Below, in pieces: positions 1-9,294 of a stretch of DNA of 33,616 nucleotides (position 1 is its first letter; every line of letters begins with the position of its first letter). The position numbers and the translations under genes are program-made. The notes beneath the pieces are model-generated. The model made no database searches, was not told the origin of the DNA, and worked only from the letters and a program-made list of their open reading frames with translations. Source of the stretch: an uncultured Rhodobacteraceae bacterium (GTDB taxonomy: Bacteria > Pseudomonadota > Alphaproteobacteria > Rhodobacterales > Rhodobacteraceae); the NCBI GenBank assembly GCA_938038825.1, contig CALHST010000150.1:1-33616 (forward strand), written 5' to 3'.

Positions 1-84
1 GATGGACTTCCCGGCCCCAGCTTTACTGCCGCGCTGAATAAATGGCGCAACGGCGGCTTTAACGCCAACGTGTTGGTGAACTAA
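1..84 (+). CDS. 3' end of an unidentified CDS running in from the left edge (partial)
   Basis: Frame 1 is open from base 1 (DGLPGPSFTAALNKWRNGGFNANVLVN) to TAA at 82-84. Too short to identify. Confidence 0.4.
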   Translation, partial: DGLPGPSFTAALNKWRNGGFNANVLVN

Positions 85-212
85 CGCAGTCTGAACGCAA
101 CCTCACACCAGTGCTGTATATTCTCCGCAAAGCCCCTTGAAACGTGGAGAGCTTTCGCTCACCTGACGGATGACCACTTTTCCTGACACCCTGCGGCAGA
201 TATAGAAGCGCT

Positions 213-827
213 ATGACAAATCATCTTTACCAAAATGACCTGCCAGACGGCCTCGACCTTGGGCCCTTTGTTGCGATTGATTGCGAAACGATGGGGCTTA
301 ACCCGCATCGGGATCGTTTATGTGTGGTTCAATTATCCGGGGGTGATGGGCATGCGCATATTGTGCAAATTTCTATCGGCCAGACCAAAGCACCAAATCT
401 GTGCGCGATGTTGGAAAATCCTGACGTTCTGAAGTTGTTTCATTTTGGACGATTTGACATTGCGGCGATGTTCAACGCCTTTGGCGCATTAACCGCACCT
501 GTATACTGCACCAAGATCGCAAGCCGTTTGATCCGCACCTATACAGATCGGCATGGTCTTAAAAACCTGCTTCAGGAATTGTTAGGTGTGGATATTTCCA
601 AACAACAGCAATCCAGTGATTGGGGCAGCGAAACGCTGTCAGAAGCTCAGCTGGAATATGCCGCATCTGATGTTTTGTACCTGCATAAACTGCGGGACGA
701 ACTGAACGTGCGCCTTACCCGGGAAGGTCGGATGGAAATGGCCCAAGCGTGCTTTGACTTCCTCCCAATGCGGGCGAAACTGGATCTTGCCGGTTGGCCA
801 GACACCGACATCTTTGCACATTCATGA
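213..827 (+). CDS. rnd: Ribonuclease D-family 3'-5' exonuclease (short alphaproteobacterial form)
   Basis: DEDDy motifs AIDCETMG, FHFGRFD, YAASDV. Its TGA overlaps the next ATG (ATGA 824-827). Confidence 0.9.
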   Translation: MTNHLYQNDLPDGLDLGPFVAIDCETMGLNPHRDRLCVVQLSGGDGHAHIVQISIGQTKAPNLCAMLENPDVLKLFHFGRFDIAAMFNAFGALTAPVYCTKIASRLIRTYTDRHGLKNLLQELLGVDISKQQQSSDWGSETLSEAQLEYAASDVLYLHKLRDELNVRLTREGRMEMAQACFDFLPMRAKLDLAGWPDTDIFAHS

Positions 828-1774
828 GCAGATATCAGGACACGGCACGTCGCGTGATCACGCAAGAAGCACAGGCGTTAGGCGCACTGGCAGATAGTCT
901 TGATGATGGTTTCGACGCAGCCGTGACCAAAATCATCGACACAACTGGTCGTGTCATCGTCACCGGGATCGGGAAATCAGGACATATTGCCCGCAAAATC
1001 GCGGCAACATTGGCCAGTACGGGCACCCCAGCGCAATTTGTGCATCCCGCCGAGGCAAGCCACGGCGATTTGGGCATGATCACGAAGCATGACGCCGTTC
1101 TGGCCATTTCTAACTCTGGCGAAGCACCGGAATTGGCCAATCTAATCGCCTATACCCGACGCTTTGGCATTCCTTTGATTGGTATGACCAGCCGTCCAAA
1201 CAGCGCGTTGGCCAAACAATCTGATATTGTGCTGGCGCTGCCAAAGTTCCCCGAGGCGTGCGGCACCGGCGTTGTGCCAACCTCTTCCACCACGATGACG
1301 CTCGCCCTTGGCGATGCGCTTGGCGTGGCTTTGATGGAACATCGCAGTTTCACCGCCGAACACTTCCGCGAATTCCATCCCGGCGGCAAACTGGGTGCAC
1401 AGCTTAGTCTTGTTTCCGACCTGATGCACACGGACGACGCGTTGCCCTTGGTCTCTCCGCGCACTCCAATGGCGGATACTTTGTTGGAAATCACCAAAAA
1501 AGACTTCGGGGTCGCCGGAATTGTCAATGAACATGGCACTTTGACGGGAATCATCACAGATGGAGATTTACGCCGGAATATGGCAGGTTTGCTTGACCTG
1601 ACAGCCGCCGATGTCATGACGTCTGATCCAACAACCATTCGCGCAGACGCTTTGGCCGAAGAAGCTGTGAAAATCATGGATAGCCATAAGATTACGTGCC
1701 TGTTCGTGACGGACACAGACAAACCAATTGGGCTGATAAAGATTCACGACTGCCTGCGCGTTGGGCTGGGGTGA
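824..1774 (+). CDS. kdsD: KpsF/GutQ-family arabinose-5-phosphate isomerase (SIS + 2 CBS)
   Basis: GIGKSGHIARKIAATLASTGTPA, HPAEASHGDLG, PTSSTT, FHPGGKLG, C-terminal CBS pair. Start placed at ATG 824 rather than 794. Confidence 0.93.
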   Translation: MSRYQDTARRVITQEAQALGALADSLDDGFDAAVTKIIDTTGRVIVTGIGKSGHIARKIAATLASTGTPAQFVHPAEASHGDLGMITKHDAVLAISNSGEAPELANLIAYTRRFGIPLIGMTSRPNSALAKQSDIVLALPKFPEACGTGVVPTSSTTMTLALGDALGVALMEHRSFTAEHFREFHPGGKLGAQLSLVSDLMHTDDALPLVSPRTPMADTLLEITKKDFGVAGIVNEHGTLTGIITDGDLRRNMAGLLDLTAADVMTSDPTTIRADALAEEAVKIMDSHKITCLFVTDTDKPIGLIKIHDCLRVGLG

Positions 1775-1780
1775 TCCGCA

Positions 1781-2380
1781 ATGGCCGCCGATTCTTACTC
1801 CCGGCTGGTCCTTTTTTTGCGGATTGCATTGCCCCTGCTTGCCTTGGGGATTCTGTCCACCCTTTTCCTGTTCGCCTCAAAGATCGAGCCCGGGGACGTC
1901 ATTCCTTTTGAACAGGCCGAGGTCGAGGACCGCGTCCGTGAGCGGCGCGTAACCCGACCGTTTTATACCACCCAAACCCCTGATGGGGACAATGTGGCTT
2001 ATACCGCCGAACAGTTGATCACCGGTAATAGCGGCGCAAACGAAGCGATTAACCTCACAGGGCTTGTTGAGTTTCCCGAAGGTGGGCAAGTGGATCTTGC
2101 CGCAAAAAGCGGCACATTCGATGAGCAAAACGATCTGGCGACACTGACCGGAGATGTCGTGATTACAACCACGTCCGGCTATACGCTGCGCAGCCAACTC
2201 ATGACGTCAACGCTTTCTGAGCTAAACCTTATTTCACCCGGACGCGTTGATGGTACGACTCCGGGCGGCACTTTGCAGGCCGAGAGGATGGAAATTACAA
2301 CACAAGGAAGCGGTAATAACATGCATTTCCTTTTCAGCGGTGGGGTTAAGCTGGTATACACCCCTCAACCCAAGGAATAG
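1781..2380 (+). CDS. lptC: LPS export protein LptC
   Basis: N-terminal TM helix followed by a beta-rich domain; lies between kdsD and lptA. Confidence 0.8.
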   Translation: MAADSYSRLVLFLRIALPLLALGILSTLFLFASKIEPGDVIPFEQAEVEDRVRERRVTRPFYTTQTPDGDNVAYTAEQLITGNSGANEAINLTGLVEFPEGGQVDLAAKSGTFDEQNDLATLTGDVVITTTSGYTLRSQLMTSTLSELNLISPGRVDGTTPGGTLQAERMEITTQGSGNNMHFLFSGGVKLVYTPQPKE

Positions 2381-2388
2381 AGTTTACT

Positions 2389-2886
2389 GTGCCAAAGCTA
2401 TCCGCCTTTATTGCTTCGCTTTTGTTTGTCCTTTTTGCGTCTATGGGCATTGCCCAAGGAACGTCAGTTGCATTTGGTTCGGGACAAGATAATTCCGATC
2501 AACCTGTTGAAGCGACATCAGAAAATCTATCTGTGGATCAAGATGCAGGAACGGCTTTGTTCACGGGAAATGCGGTCATCGGGCAAGGCGATCTGCGCCT
2601 GTTCGCGCCCAGAGTTCTGATCATCTATAACCAAGATCAATCTGAAATCGACCGCATCGAGGCACGCGGTGGGGTGACGATTGTAAGCGGCGAAGACGAA
2701 GCAGAAGCACAAGAAGCCGATTATTTTGTAAAAGACGGCAATATGGTGCTGGTCGGCGAGGTTTTGATGACACAAGGGCTAAGCGCCGTTGCGTCCGACA
2801 AAGCCACAATCAATTTGAACGATGGCTCCGCCGTCATGACCGGCAATGTCAAAAGCATCTTCCAATCCAACAATTCGAACAACTGA
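2389..2886 (+). CDS. lptA: LPS transport periplasmic protein LptA (OstA domain)
   Basis: Signal peptide, OstA-like [12 protein letters not shown] and IEARGGV; directly upstream of lptB. Confidence 0.85.
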   Translation: MPKLSAFIASLLFVLFASMGIAQGTSVAFGSGQDNSDQPVEATSENLSVDQDAGTALFTGNAVIGQGDLRLFAPRVLIIYNQDQSEIDRIEARGGVTIVSGEDEAEAQEADYFVKDGNMVLVGEVLMTQGLSAVASDKATINLNDGSAVMTGNVKSIFQSNNSNN

Positions 2887-2887
2887 C

Positions 2888-3649
2888 ATGGCAAATAGTC
2901 CTCATCTTCAAGTGACGGATGGCGGGCTTGGTCTTCGGATTGAGCATTTGCGCAAATCCTATCGCAAGAAATTGGTGATCCGCGACGTATCCATGACCCT
3001 GGACCGCGGGGAAGTTGTTGCGCTTTTGGGGCCAAATGGATCTGGCAAAACAACGACTTTTTATGCGGTCGCCGGGTTGGTCACTCCGGAAGGTGGCAAA
3101 GTTGCGGTGGATGGAACGGATGTGACGATCCTTCCCATGTATCGGCGCGCGCAGCTTGGAATTGGCTATCTACCACAAGAAAACAGTATTTTTCGCGGCC
3201 TAAGCGTCGAAGACAACATTTCCGCTATTTTGGACATCGCAGTGGCGGACCGTCATAAGCGGCGCGAGCGACTGGAAGAATTGTTGAGCGAATTTACCAT
3301 CGAGCACTTGCGTCGGGCGCCTGCACTCGCCCTTTCCGGTGGGGAGCGACGTCGCGTCGAAATCGCGCGATGCTTGGCCGCCGATCCGAAGTATCTGCTG
3401 TTGGATGAACCCTTCGCAGGTGTGGATCCAATTTCAGTTGGGGATATACGTACGCTAGTGGCCGAACTGAAAAATCGCGGCATTGGTGTGCTGATTACAG
3501 ACCACAACGTGCGCGAAACACTGGGCATTGTGGATCGGGCATACATCCTGAACGATGGCCAAGTTCTTATGTCCGGCACCCCGGAAGAAGTTGTTCAGAA
3601 TGAAAACGTCCGCCGCGTCTATCTGGGTGACAATTTCCGAATTGGATAA
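2888..3649 (+). CDS. lptB: LPS export ABC transporter ATP-binding protein LptB
   Basis: [55 protein letters not shown]. Start at ATG 2888. Confidence 0.96.
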   Translation: MANSPHLQVTDGGLGLRIEHLRKSYRKKLVIRDVSMTLDRGEVVALLGPNGSGKTTTFYAVAGLVTPEGGKVAVDGTDVTILPMYRRAQLGIGYLPQENSIFRGLSVEDNISAILDIAVADRHKRRERLEELLSEFTIEHLRRAPALALSGGERRRVEIARCLAADPKYLLLDEPFAGVDPISVGDIRTLVAELKNRGIGVLITDHNVRETLGIVDRAYILNDGQVLMSGTPEEVVQNENVRRVYLGDNFRIG

Positions 3650-3892
3650 ACACTGTTCATTAAGTCTTCACGCGTGTTTCAGTTGACTCTTGGGGGTGTT
3701 TTGCGGCTTGATGGGGATATGGCGCTTTCGCTGTTTCATGCCTTGTCCCACCCGCCCCGTTTGCAACGGGCTGGAGGGGAACAACCAAAAACATGGCGCC
3801 TGTACTCTGGATATTGTTGACGTTTTGCCTGCACACCTTCGCAAGGTGTGTGTTGCTGTTTCAGTATCCGTAACGACATAGAAGGAGACATC

Positions 3893-4456
3893 ATGCGTTA
3901 TCAAATCAGCGGAAAACAAATCGACATCGGCGAAGCCTTACAAACCCACGTCAAAACAGACTTGGGCGTGGTCGTCGAAAAATATGCCGAACGTCCCACT
4001 GATGCGCTTGTTGTATTCTCTAAATCCGGCCACGAATTTGTCTGCGAGGCAACAGTTCATTTGTCCACTGGACTGACTGCACAAGCAAAAGCACATGCAC
4101 CGGAAATCTATGCCGCCTTCGATTCCTGTTCGGAAAAAATGGAGAAACAACTCAGGCGTTACAAACGCAGGTTGAAGGATCATCACAAGGATCGTAGCGA
4201 ACCGGTTGAACTCTCTGGCGCTTCCTCTTATATCCTCGCATCCGAATCGGAAACCGGAGAGACCGAACCAGACGATTTGCAGCCCGTGATCGTGGCCGAG
4301 ATGGAAACAAGCATTCCGTCTTTGTCCGTAGGAGAAGCGGTGATGCAAATGGAACTGGCAGGTGCTCCGGTTTTGGTTTTTAGGAACGAAGGCAAGGACG
4401 GGTTGAACGTTGTATACCGCCGCGATGACGGCAACATCGGCTGGATCGACCCTTAA
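3893..4456 (+). CDS. hpf: Long ribosome hibernation promoting factor (HPF/RaiA)
   Basis: MRYQISGKQIDIGEAL, EKQLRRYKRRLKDHH, C-terminal NVVYRRDDGNIGWIDP. SD GAAGGAG precedes ATG 3893. Confidence 0.95.
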   Translation: MRYQISGKQIDIGEALQTHVKTDLGVVVEKYAERPTDALVVFSKSGHEFVCEATVHLSTGLTAQAKAHAPEIYAAFDSCSEKMEKQLRRYKRRLKDHHKDRSEPVELSGASSYILASESETGETEPDDLQPVIVAEMETSIPSLSVGEAVMQMELAGAPVLVFRNEGKDGLNVVYRRDDGNIGWIDP

Positions 4457-4507
4457 CACGTTTAGTTTTACAGTGTCGCATTTGCGCGACGCGAATGGTG
4501 GAGCAGA

Positions 4508-4972
4508 ATGGAATTTATGGAACTTCTGACATTGGAGGCCGTTAAGGTCTCCAACTCCGTAACCAGTAAAAAGCGCCTGTTTCAGGACATCGGTGACCTT
4601 GCTGCATCTGCGTATAGTCTAAACGCGGAAGAGGTAACCGAAGCTCTTCGTGCCCGCGAAGCCTTGGGCCCCACAGGTGTTGGTCACGGTGTTGCCTTGC
4701 CGCATGCGCGTTTGAACGAAATCGACGGTGTTGTAGGTGTGTTTATCCTACTGGAAAAACCAATCGATTTTGAAGCTGTGGATCGCGAACCGGTTGATAT
4801 TGCTTTTGCCTTGTTTGCGCCCGAAGACGCCGGGGTTGAACACTTGAAAGCCTTGGCCTTGGTGTCCCGCACTTTGCGAGAGCCTTCGGTCTGTTCAAAG
4901 CTGCGCGCGAACCCGGATCCGTCTACGTTGCACACAATCTTGTGCGAAGCACGGTCAACAAAAGCCGCCTAA
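4508..4972 (+). CDS. ptsN: PTS nitrogen-regulatory IIA component EIIA(Ntr)
   Basis: REALGPTGVGHGVALPHAR (phospho-His motif), HLKALALVSR; follows hpf. Confidence 0.93.
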   Translation: MEFMELLTLEAVKVSNSVTSKKRLFQDIGDLAASAYSLNAEEVTEALRAREALGPTGVGHGVALPHARLNEIDGVVGVFILLEKPIDFEAVDREPVDIAFALFAPEDAGVEHLKALALVSRTLREPSVCSKLRANPDPSTLHTILCEARSTKAA

Positions 4973-4987
4973 GATCTTGGCGGGCTT
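4962..4987. terminator. Imperfect hairpin between the convergent ptsN and sulfotransferase genes
   Basis: AAGCCGCC-T-AAG-AT-CTT-GGC-G-GGCTT spans the 13-bp gap between the two stop codons. No clear U-tract. Confidence 0.35.
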
Positions 4988-6413
4988 AAGAAGCCTGCCA
5001 AGCATCAAATCCGAACATCAGATAGTCGCGCTGATACACGCTCTTGCAAAGCTGCTCAATTGCGTCGTCATATATCGCGGCAAGCGAAAAACCCTGTTCG
5101 GGTTCTGACGCAGCAGGCAAATCGGCTGAGGGCATACCAAGACATTCAGCAATCATTGCCACATCTTGTTCCAACGTCTCTTCCCGAAACACATAGTCAG
5201 GCGGCACAAATCCACCAAAGCCCTGTAATGCGGCAAGTTGTGAACACCATGACGAATCCACGCGCACACCAGTTTGCCCAGCCAAGTTCCCTTTGACAAA
5301 GTTCAGGAACGCCGAAAAGGCTTTGTAGTGGTCATCTTGTCCCCAATCCGCGTCATCGTCCGGCAAGTCCAGTTTATATTTTCGAACCAAAATACGCCTA
5401 ATCTTGGGGTAACTGCCCGGACCTGTCGCCAGAATTTTATCGCAAAAAACCGAGTGCGCCCGTGCCAGCGGATGACGCAGGACAGTGAAGCTTCGATGTC
5501 CTTTGTGCGTCCGCTTCCATTGCCGCATGGCCCTTTGGTTCATGTTGCGCACCAACATGTCAGCAGTGCCGCCATCCATAGCACTCATCCAACTTTCAAC
5601 ACGGGCCACTGGCCCGCCCTGAATTGGCAAATACACCAAAGGCACCGACCTGCAGGCACAATAGTCTGGCACTGCGGCAGAGCGGCGCGGTTCAAAATTG
5701 GGTGTGCGGGTCAAATTGAACCGGTCAATCCCGCCCAGCGCCTTTTCCATATCCGCGAAGTTTTCGACCTTGTCAGAAAGCGCCGCAGGGTTCTGCACTT
5801 TCAAAGTTGTATCCAACGCGGTCAAGCGCGCAGGCACACCCAGAAACGCGGCCATGCCATTCATCACATCCAAGTCCTGCAGATCCTCATACGCGATATA
5901 AAACGCCGTTTGCCCAGAACGCTGCAACTGACCCAAAAGATGGATTTGAAACTTCTGAAGCGCTTTGACATGCGCATCAAATTCTTCAGCTTCAAAGACA
6001 GCTTGACCATCTTTACGTGACGCCATGTCCGTTAGTTTCCATTGACCCGTTGCCTGCGCGATCTTCCAAGACACATAACTTTCGGCTGGATTTCTGGTCA
6101 AAATGATCTTTGCGCATCTTGGATCATTCAAAACAATGTCCAGCACGCGCGGGTCGTGATCATTGAAATAGCGAAATCCACTAATGTCACCCGGCGCAGA
6201 TCTGATCGCTTCGATTAAACGGCGTGGGTCATCGTCGCGCTGCGCTTGACTGACTCCCAAAATCTCTTCGGATTTTGGGTAGCCGATAAAAATTGGGTTA
6301 AACGCTTCGCCCAGACAAGCAACACCATCGAGTGCGTTTAGATTGGTTTCCAGAAAGTTGGATCCTGTCCGCATTTCTGCAAAGACAACAAAATAGTCAA
6401 AACGCCCTGTCAC
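4986..6413 (-). CDS. Two-domain sulfotransferase (N-terminal NodH/Stf0-like + C-terminal Sulfotransfer_2-like)
   Basis: 5'-PSB loop MRTGSNFL and 3'-PB IILTRNPAESYVS. Second domain has FTVLRHPLARAHS and YQRDYLMFGF. Its GTG start abuts the upstream TAA. Confidence 0.8.
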   Translation of the reverse strand: MTGRFDYFVVFAEMRTGSNFLETNLNALDGVACLGEAFNPIFIGYPKSEEILGVSQAQRDDDPRRLIEAIRSAPGDISGFRYFNDHDPRVLDIVLNDPRCAKIILTRNPAESYVSWKIAQATGQWKLTDMASRKDGQAVFEAEEFDAHVKALQKFQIHLLGQLQRSGQTAFYIAYEDLQDLDVMNGMAAFLGVPARLTALDTTLKVQNPAALSDKVENFADMEKALGGIDRFNLTRTPNFEPRRSAAVPDYCACRSVPLVYLPIQGGPVARVESWMSAMDGGTADMLVRNMNQRAMRQWKRTHKGHRSFTVLRHPLARAHSVFCDKILATGPGSYPKIRRILVRKYKLDLPDDDADWGQDDHYKAFSAFLNFVKGNLAGQTGVRVDSSWCSQLAALQGFGGFVPPDYVFREETLEQDVAMIAECLGMPSADLPAASEPEQGFSLAAIYDDAIEQLCKSVYQRDYLMFGFDAWQAS

Positions 6414-8117
6414 TTATTGCACCAGATAAGGTTTGCGTTTGTCATTAGGTCCAAGCGTCGGGGAGGTTTCGATTGGGAAATCCCCCATAAGATAGGGATG
6501 CATGCCTTGGTTCTTGAGGTTCTGCAAGAATTGCCCAAAACCTGACAAATCCACCATCCGCGGCGCTTCATTCAATCGCCGCATAGCGCCCGGATTTATT
6601 TCGTCCAAGATGCCCTGCAAGGGTTCCATCGGTGCTTCTATGAACTCAGCCATAGTCCAAATCCGAACCCGTGCCTTTGTCCATGGCGACCGCAGCACTT
6701 TCAGATGTTCTGCTTCGATTTGCTGCAATTGCGCCGCCGTACTTCGGATATCGGCAAAGTTCTGGTTAGACTTGAACAAGGGGATCGCCCACGCGCCTGA
6801 AATAACCGAGATTTGCGCCTTTGGTTCCTTCGCGATCATTCGACTGATTTTCTGGTTGGACTGCGGCCCAAACTGAAAACACTGCCGTTCGCCGCGCGTA
6901 TTCCAGATCAAGTTCGTCAAAAAGCCAACAGGGTTATAGTCACGCGTTGCCACACTGTCACCCAAAGCCCCATTGATCGCAGTTTGATCTTCGGCAAAAT
7001 TCACTTTGTCTTTGGCAAAAAGGTGCCCATGCACACGCGCACCTGTGGCACGCGCCAACCACGGTTCAAAATTTTCAAAGAGTTCTGAAAACCCCTCGAA
7101 CACCGAAAACTGCGCTGCGGTGATCCCGTTTTCATAGTCCGATCTGGGGAACCGGCTTTGCATATATAGCCCGGGCCGCCCCCGCGTTCTGCGGTCTACG
7201 GCCTTTGCAAAGATACGGTCGATTTTACCGGGATTTGGTTCGGTTTTCTTGAAAGCCGAAGAGTCAGCCGACAAAAACGTGTCATATAGCCGGTTCGCAT
7301 GTGGCCAGATCTTGCGTGCCACAAAACAATCTGACCGCCGCAATAGCTGCAAGTGGTCATCATAGAAAATGTGCGGTTTCCCTTGGAAATCGAACTTGGA
7401 CAGCGTCAAAGACCGGCTTTCCATCTGCCTGGAATATTGCCGCGCAAGCGTTTGAAAATAGCTTTCGTCCGGGATCCAAACTTGCTTGAAAAACCGATCA
7501 TACATCGGCCGATCAGGATCTTGCAAAATTGCCGACAAAGTCTGGCGCGTTAGGCACCACCATTGGCTGCCCATATGGGGCACAAGTCCTTTTGGAACCT
7601 TCCGACTAAGCCTTAGAAAGCGTTGCAGCTCGACATAGCGGTCAAACAGGAAACGATGTTTCTTCCATGAAAACGGAAACCGGCGCGTAAAACGTTCTCC
7701 GGCCAGACCATCGACGATCCAAGGCACCTCTGACGTTGTCGCGCTTTCGATAAAGTCCGTCTGCGGCCGGTTCGCCAAATAATCGACAAGGTCGTTCACG
7801 GGCCTCAACGGCAAGCAAGACCCCGAGGCCAAATAGACGTGCCGTACATCCGCGTGTTGATCCAGAAGTTGTTCCGATGCCGTCTGACTGGCAGCCACCA
7901 GCCCCCACATGCCCCATTCACACCGGTAGCGTTTGGAAAAACTGATCAGCGGATCAGAGTCGAGCGCCGACTTGAACTTTGCAGCAGTCTCATTCGGGAC
8001 ATTTCGGTCGATATGGATAACTAACGGACATCCTGCTGCGGCCCAATGGCGTGCGACTTGTTCGGCACGACCCAACGCAGTGTGAACCAACATGACAATG
8101 CCCAACGTGCCCGTCAT
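6414..8117 (-). CDS. GT14 (core-2/I-branching) glycosyltransferase with a C-terminal extra domain
   Basis: IVMLVH, VIHID, CEWGMWGLV, LASGSCLPLRP, GSQWWCLTR, IPDESYFQTL, FVARK are GT14 motifs, followed by about 230 extra residues. Confidence 0.85.
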   Translation of the reverse strand: MTGTLGIVMLVHTALGRAEQVARHWAAAGCPLVIHIDRNVPNETAAKFKSALDSDPLISFSKRYRCEWGMWGLVAASQTASEQLLDQHADVRHVYLASGSCLPLRPVNDLVDYLANRPQTDFIESATTSEVPWIVDGLAGERFTRRFPFSWKKHRFLFDRYVELQRFLRLSRKVPKGLVPHMGSQWWCLTRQTLSAILQDPDRPMYDRFFKQVWIPDESYFQTLARQYSRQMESRSLTLSKFDFQGKPHIFYDDHLQLLRRSDCFVARKIWPHANRLYDTFLSADSSAFKKTEPNPGKIDRIFAKAVDRRTRGRPGLYMQSRFPRSDYENGITAAQFSVFEGFSELFENFEPWLARATGARVHGHLFAKDKVNFAEDQTAINGALGDSVATRDYNPVGFLTNLIWNTRGERQCFQFGPQSNQKISRMIAKEPKAQISVISGAWAIPLFKSNQNFADIRSTAAQLQQIEAEHLKVLRSPWTKARVRIWTMAEFIEAPMEPLQGILDEINPGAMRRLNEAPRMVDLSGFGQFLQNLKNQGMHPYLMGDFPIETSPTLGPNDKRKPYLVQ

Positions 8118-9124
8118 GCCCAGTTCCCCTTGGACATCAGACCCAAAATCTCAAGCTGGCGCCAATTGATGTATTTTTCTGACCACTTGCACCACAGCTG
8201 CGGGTTATTTTTCATTTGCTCCGCATAGGTCTTATATTCAATCGAGTTCGCAAAGTGCTGGCCCCGCGCAAGCTCTTCTGCTGCTTTTGCCCCGAACGTA
8301 TCCAGAAACTTCGTATGCAACAGGATCCCGCTTGCTTTTTCGCCACCCCATTCATCGTAAGCAAGGTTCAGACCCCGTGGCAAAAGGCTGTGTGTCGACG
8401 ATGCATAAACATAGCGGCGATCCCACTTCACCAAAGGGATTTTGTTCAAAGCGGGCGCAGATTTCGGCGCATCAGGGAAAAACACACGTGCCCGGGGCCC
8501 ACCCTGGATCCAAAGGTTCCAAAACCGTGGGTTGCGTTTGATTGTATAATTTCCACTATCAAACCAATGTGCAATTTCCAGCGGATCTTGCCCCTCTTGA
8601 TACGGTTGCTGATCAAGACGCCCTTTTGGATACATGTCTAACAACATGGCCGAAAAGGATTTGATCGACGACGCATCCAGCCAATCCGTTAGCCCCCGCA
8701 ATGGGCGCGTATCGCAAAATGGGTAGATAAAGAATTCATCCGTATCCACTGTCAAACACCAATGGCCATGCCCATACCGCATCTGCAAACTGTTTAGCCA
8801 ATCAACCCCAAACCGGGATTTCTTGTAACTTGCCGTTGTGCTCCACACGGACACATCCGATTGGTTTTTCAGATATTCGACGGAACCATCATCGCTGCCA
8901 TTGTCCACAAAAAAGAAGTGGTTGATGCCCAGACGGCGATAGTAATCCAAAAAATACGGAAGGCGGATTTTTTCGTTACGGGCCGTACAAAAAAGCAACA
9001 GATCCGTACTGCGAATTTTCTCAGTGCGATCAGACGCAGGGCGCAGCTCAAACGCCTTTCGCTTCGCCCGAATACGGTAGCGCTTGCGCTTGATGCGCAT
9101 ACGATATGAACCTAGCAGCCCCAA
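8114..9124 (-). CDS. GT2-family (GT-A fold) glycosyltransferase
   Basis: RNE...LPYFLDYYRRLGINHFFFVDNGSDDGS, WCLTVDTDEF (DxD), LLHTKF. 4-bp overlap with the GT14 gene. Confidence 0.88.
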   Translation of the reverse strand: MGLLGSYRMRIKRKRYRIRAKRKAFELRPASDRTEKIRSTDLLLFCTARNEKIRLPYFLDYYRRLGINHFFFVDNGSDDGSVEYLKNQSDVSVWSTTASYKKSRFGVDWLNSLQMRYGHGHWCLTVDTDEFFIYPFCDTRPLRGLTDWLDASSIKSFSAMLLDMYPKGRLDQQPYQEGQDPLEIAHWFDSGNYTIKRNPRFWNLWIQGGPRARVFFPDAPKSAPALNKIPLVKWDRRYVYASSTHSLLPRGLNLAYDEWGGEKASGILLHTKFLDTFGAKAAEELARGQHFANSIEYKTYAEQMKNNPQLWCKWSEKYINWRQLEILGLMSKGNWA

Positions 9125-9294
9125 GAACGACCCTTTCGGTCGATGGGTATGCCCTTATGTCGGCTGTACACTGCTTTTACCTTTTTTGCTCACGACAATG
9201 CGTCGCGAATTGTAATAGTTTGGCATGTTTAACATTCGTTTATCGCCAAATCACGCAAGATTAAGCCTAATTGGGTAGTTTTGTTGCCAAAACG

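Noticed and set aside
5274-6020. 248-aa plus-strand ORF
   Set aside because: Fully antisense to the sulfotransferase and without protein-like motifs.
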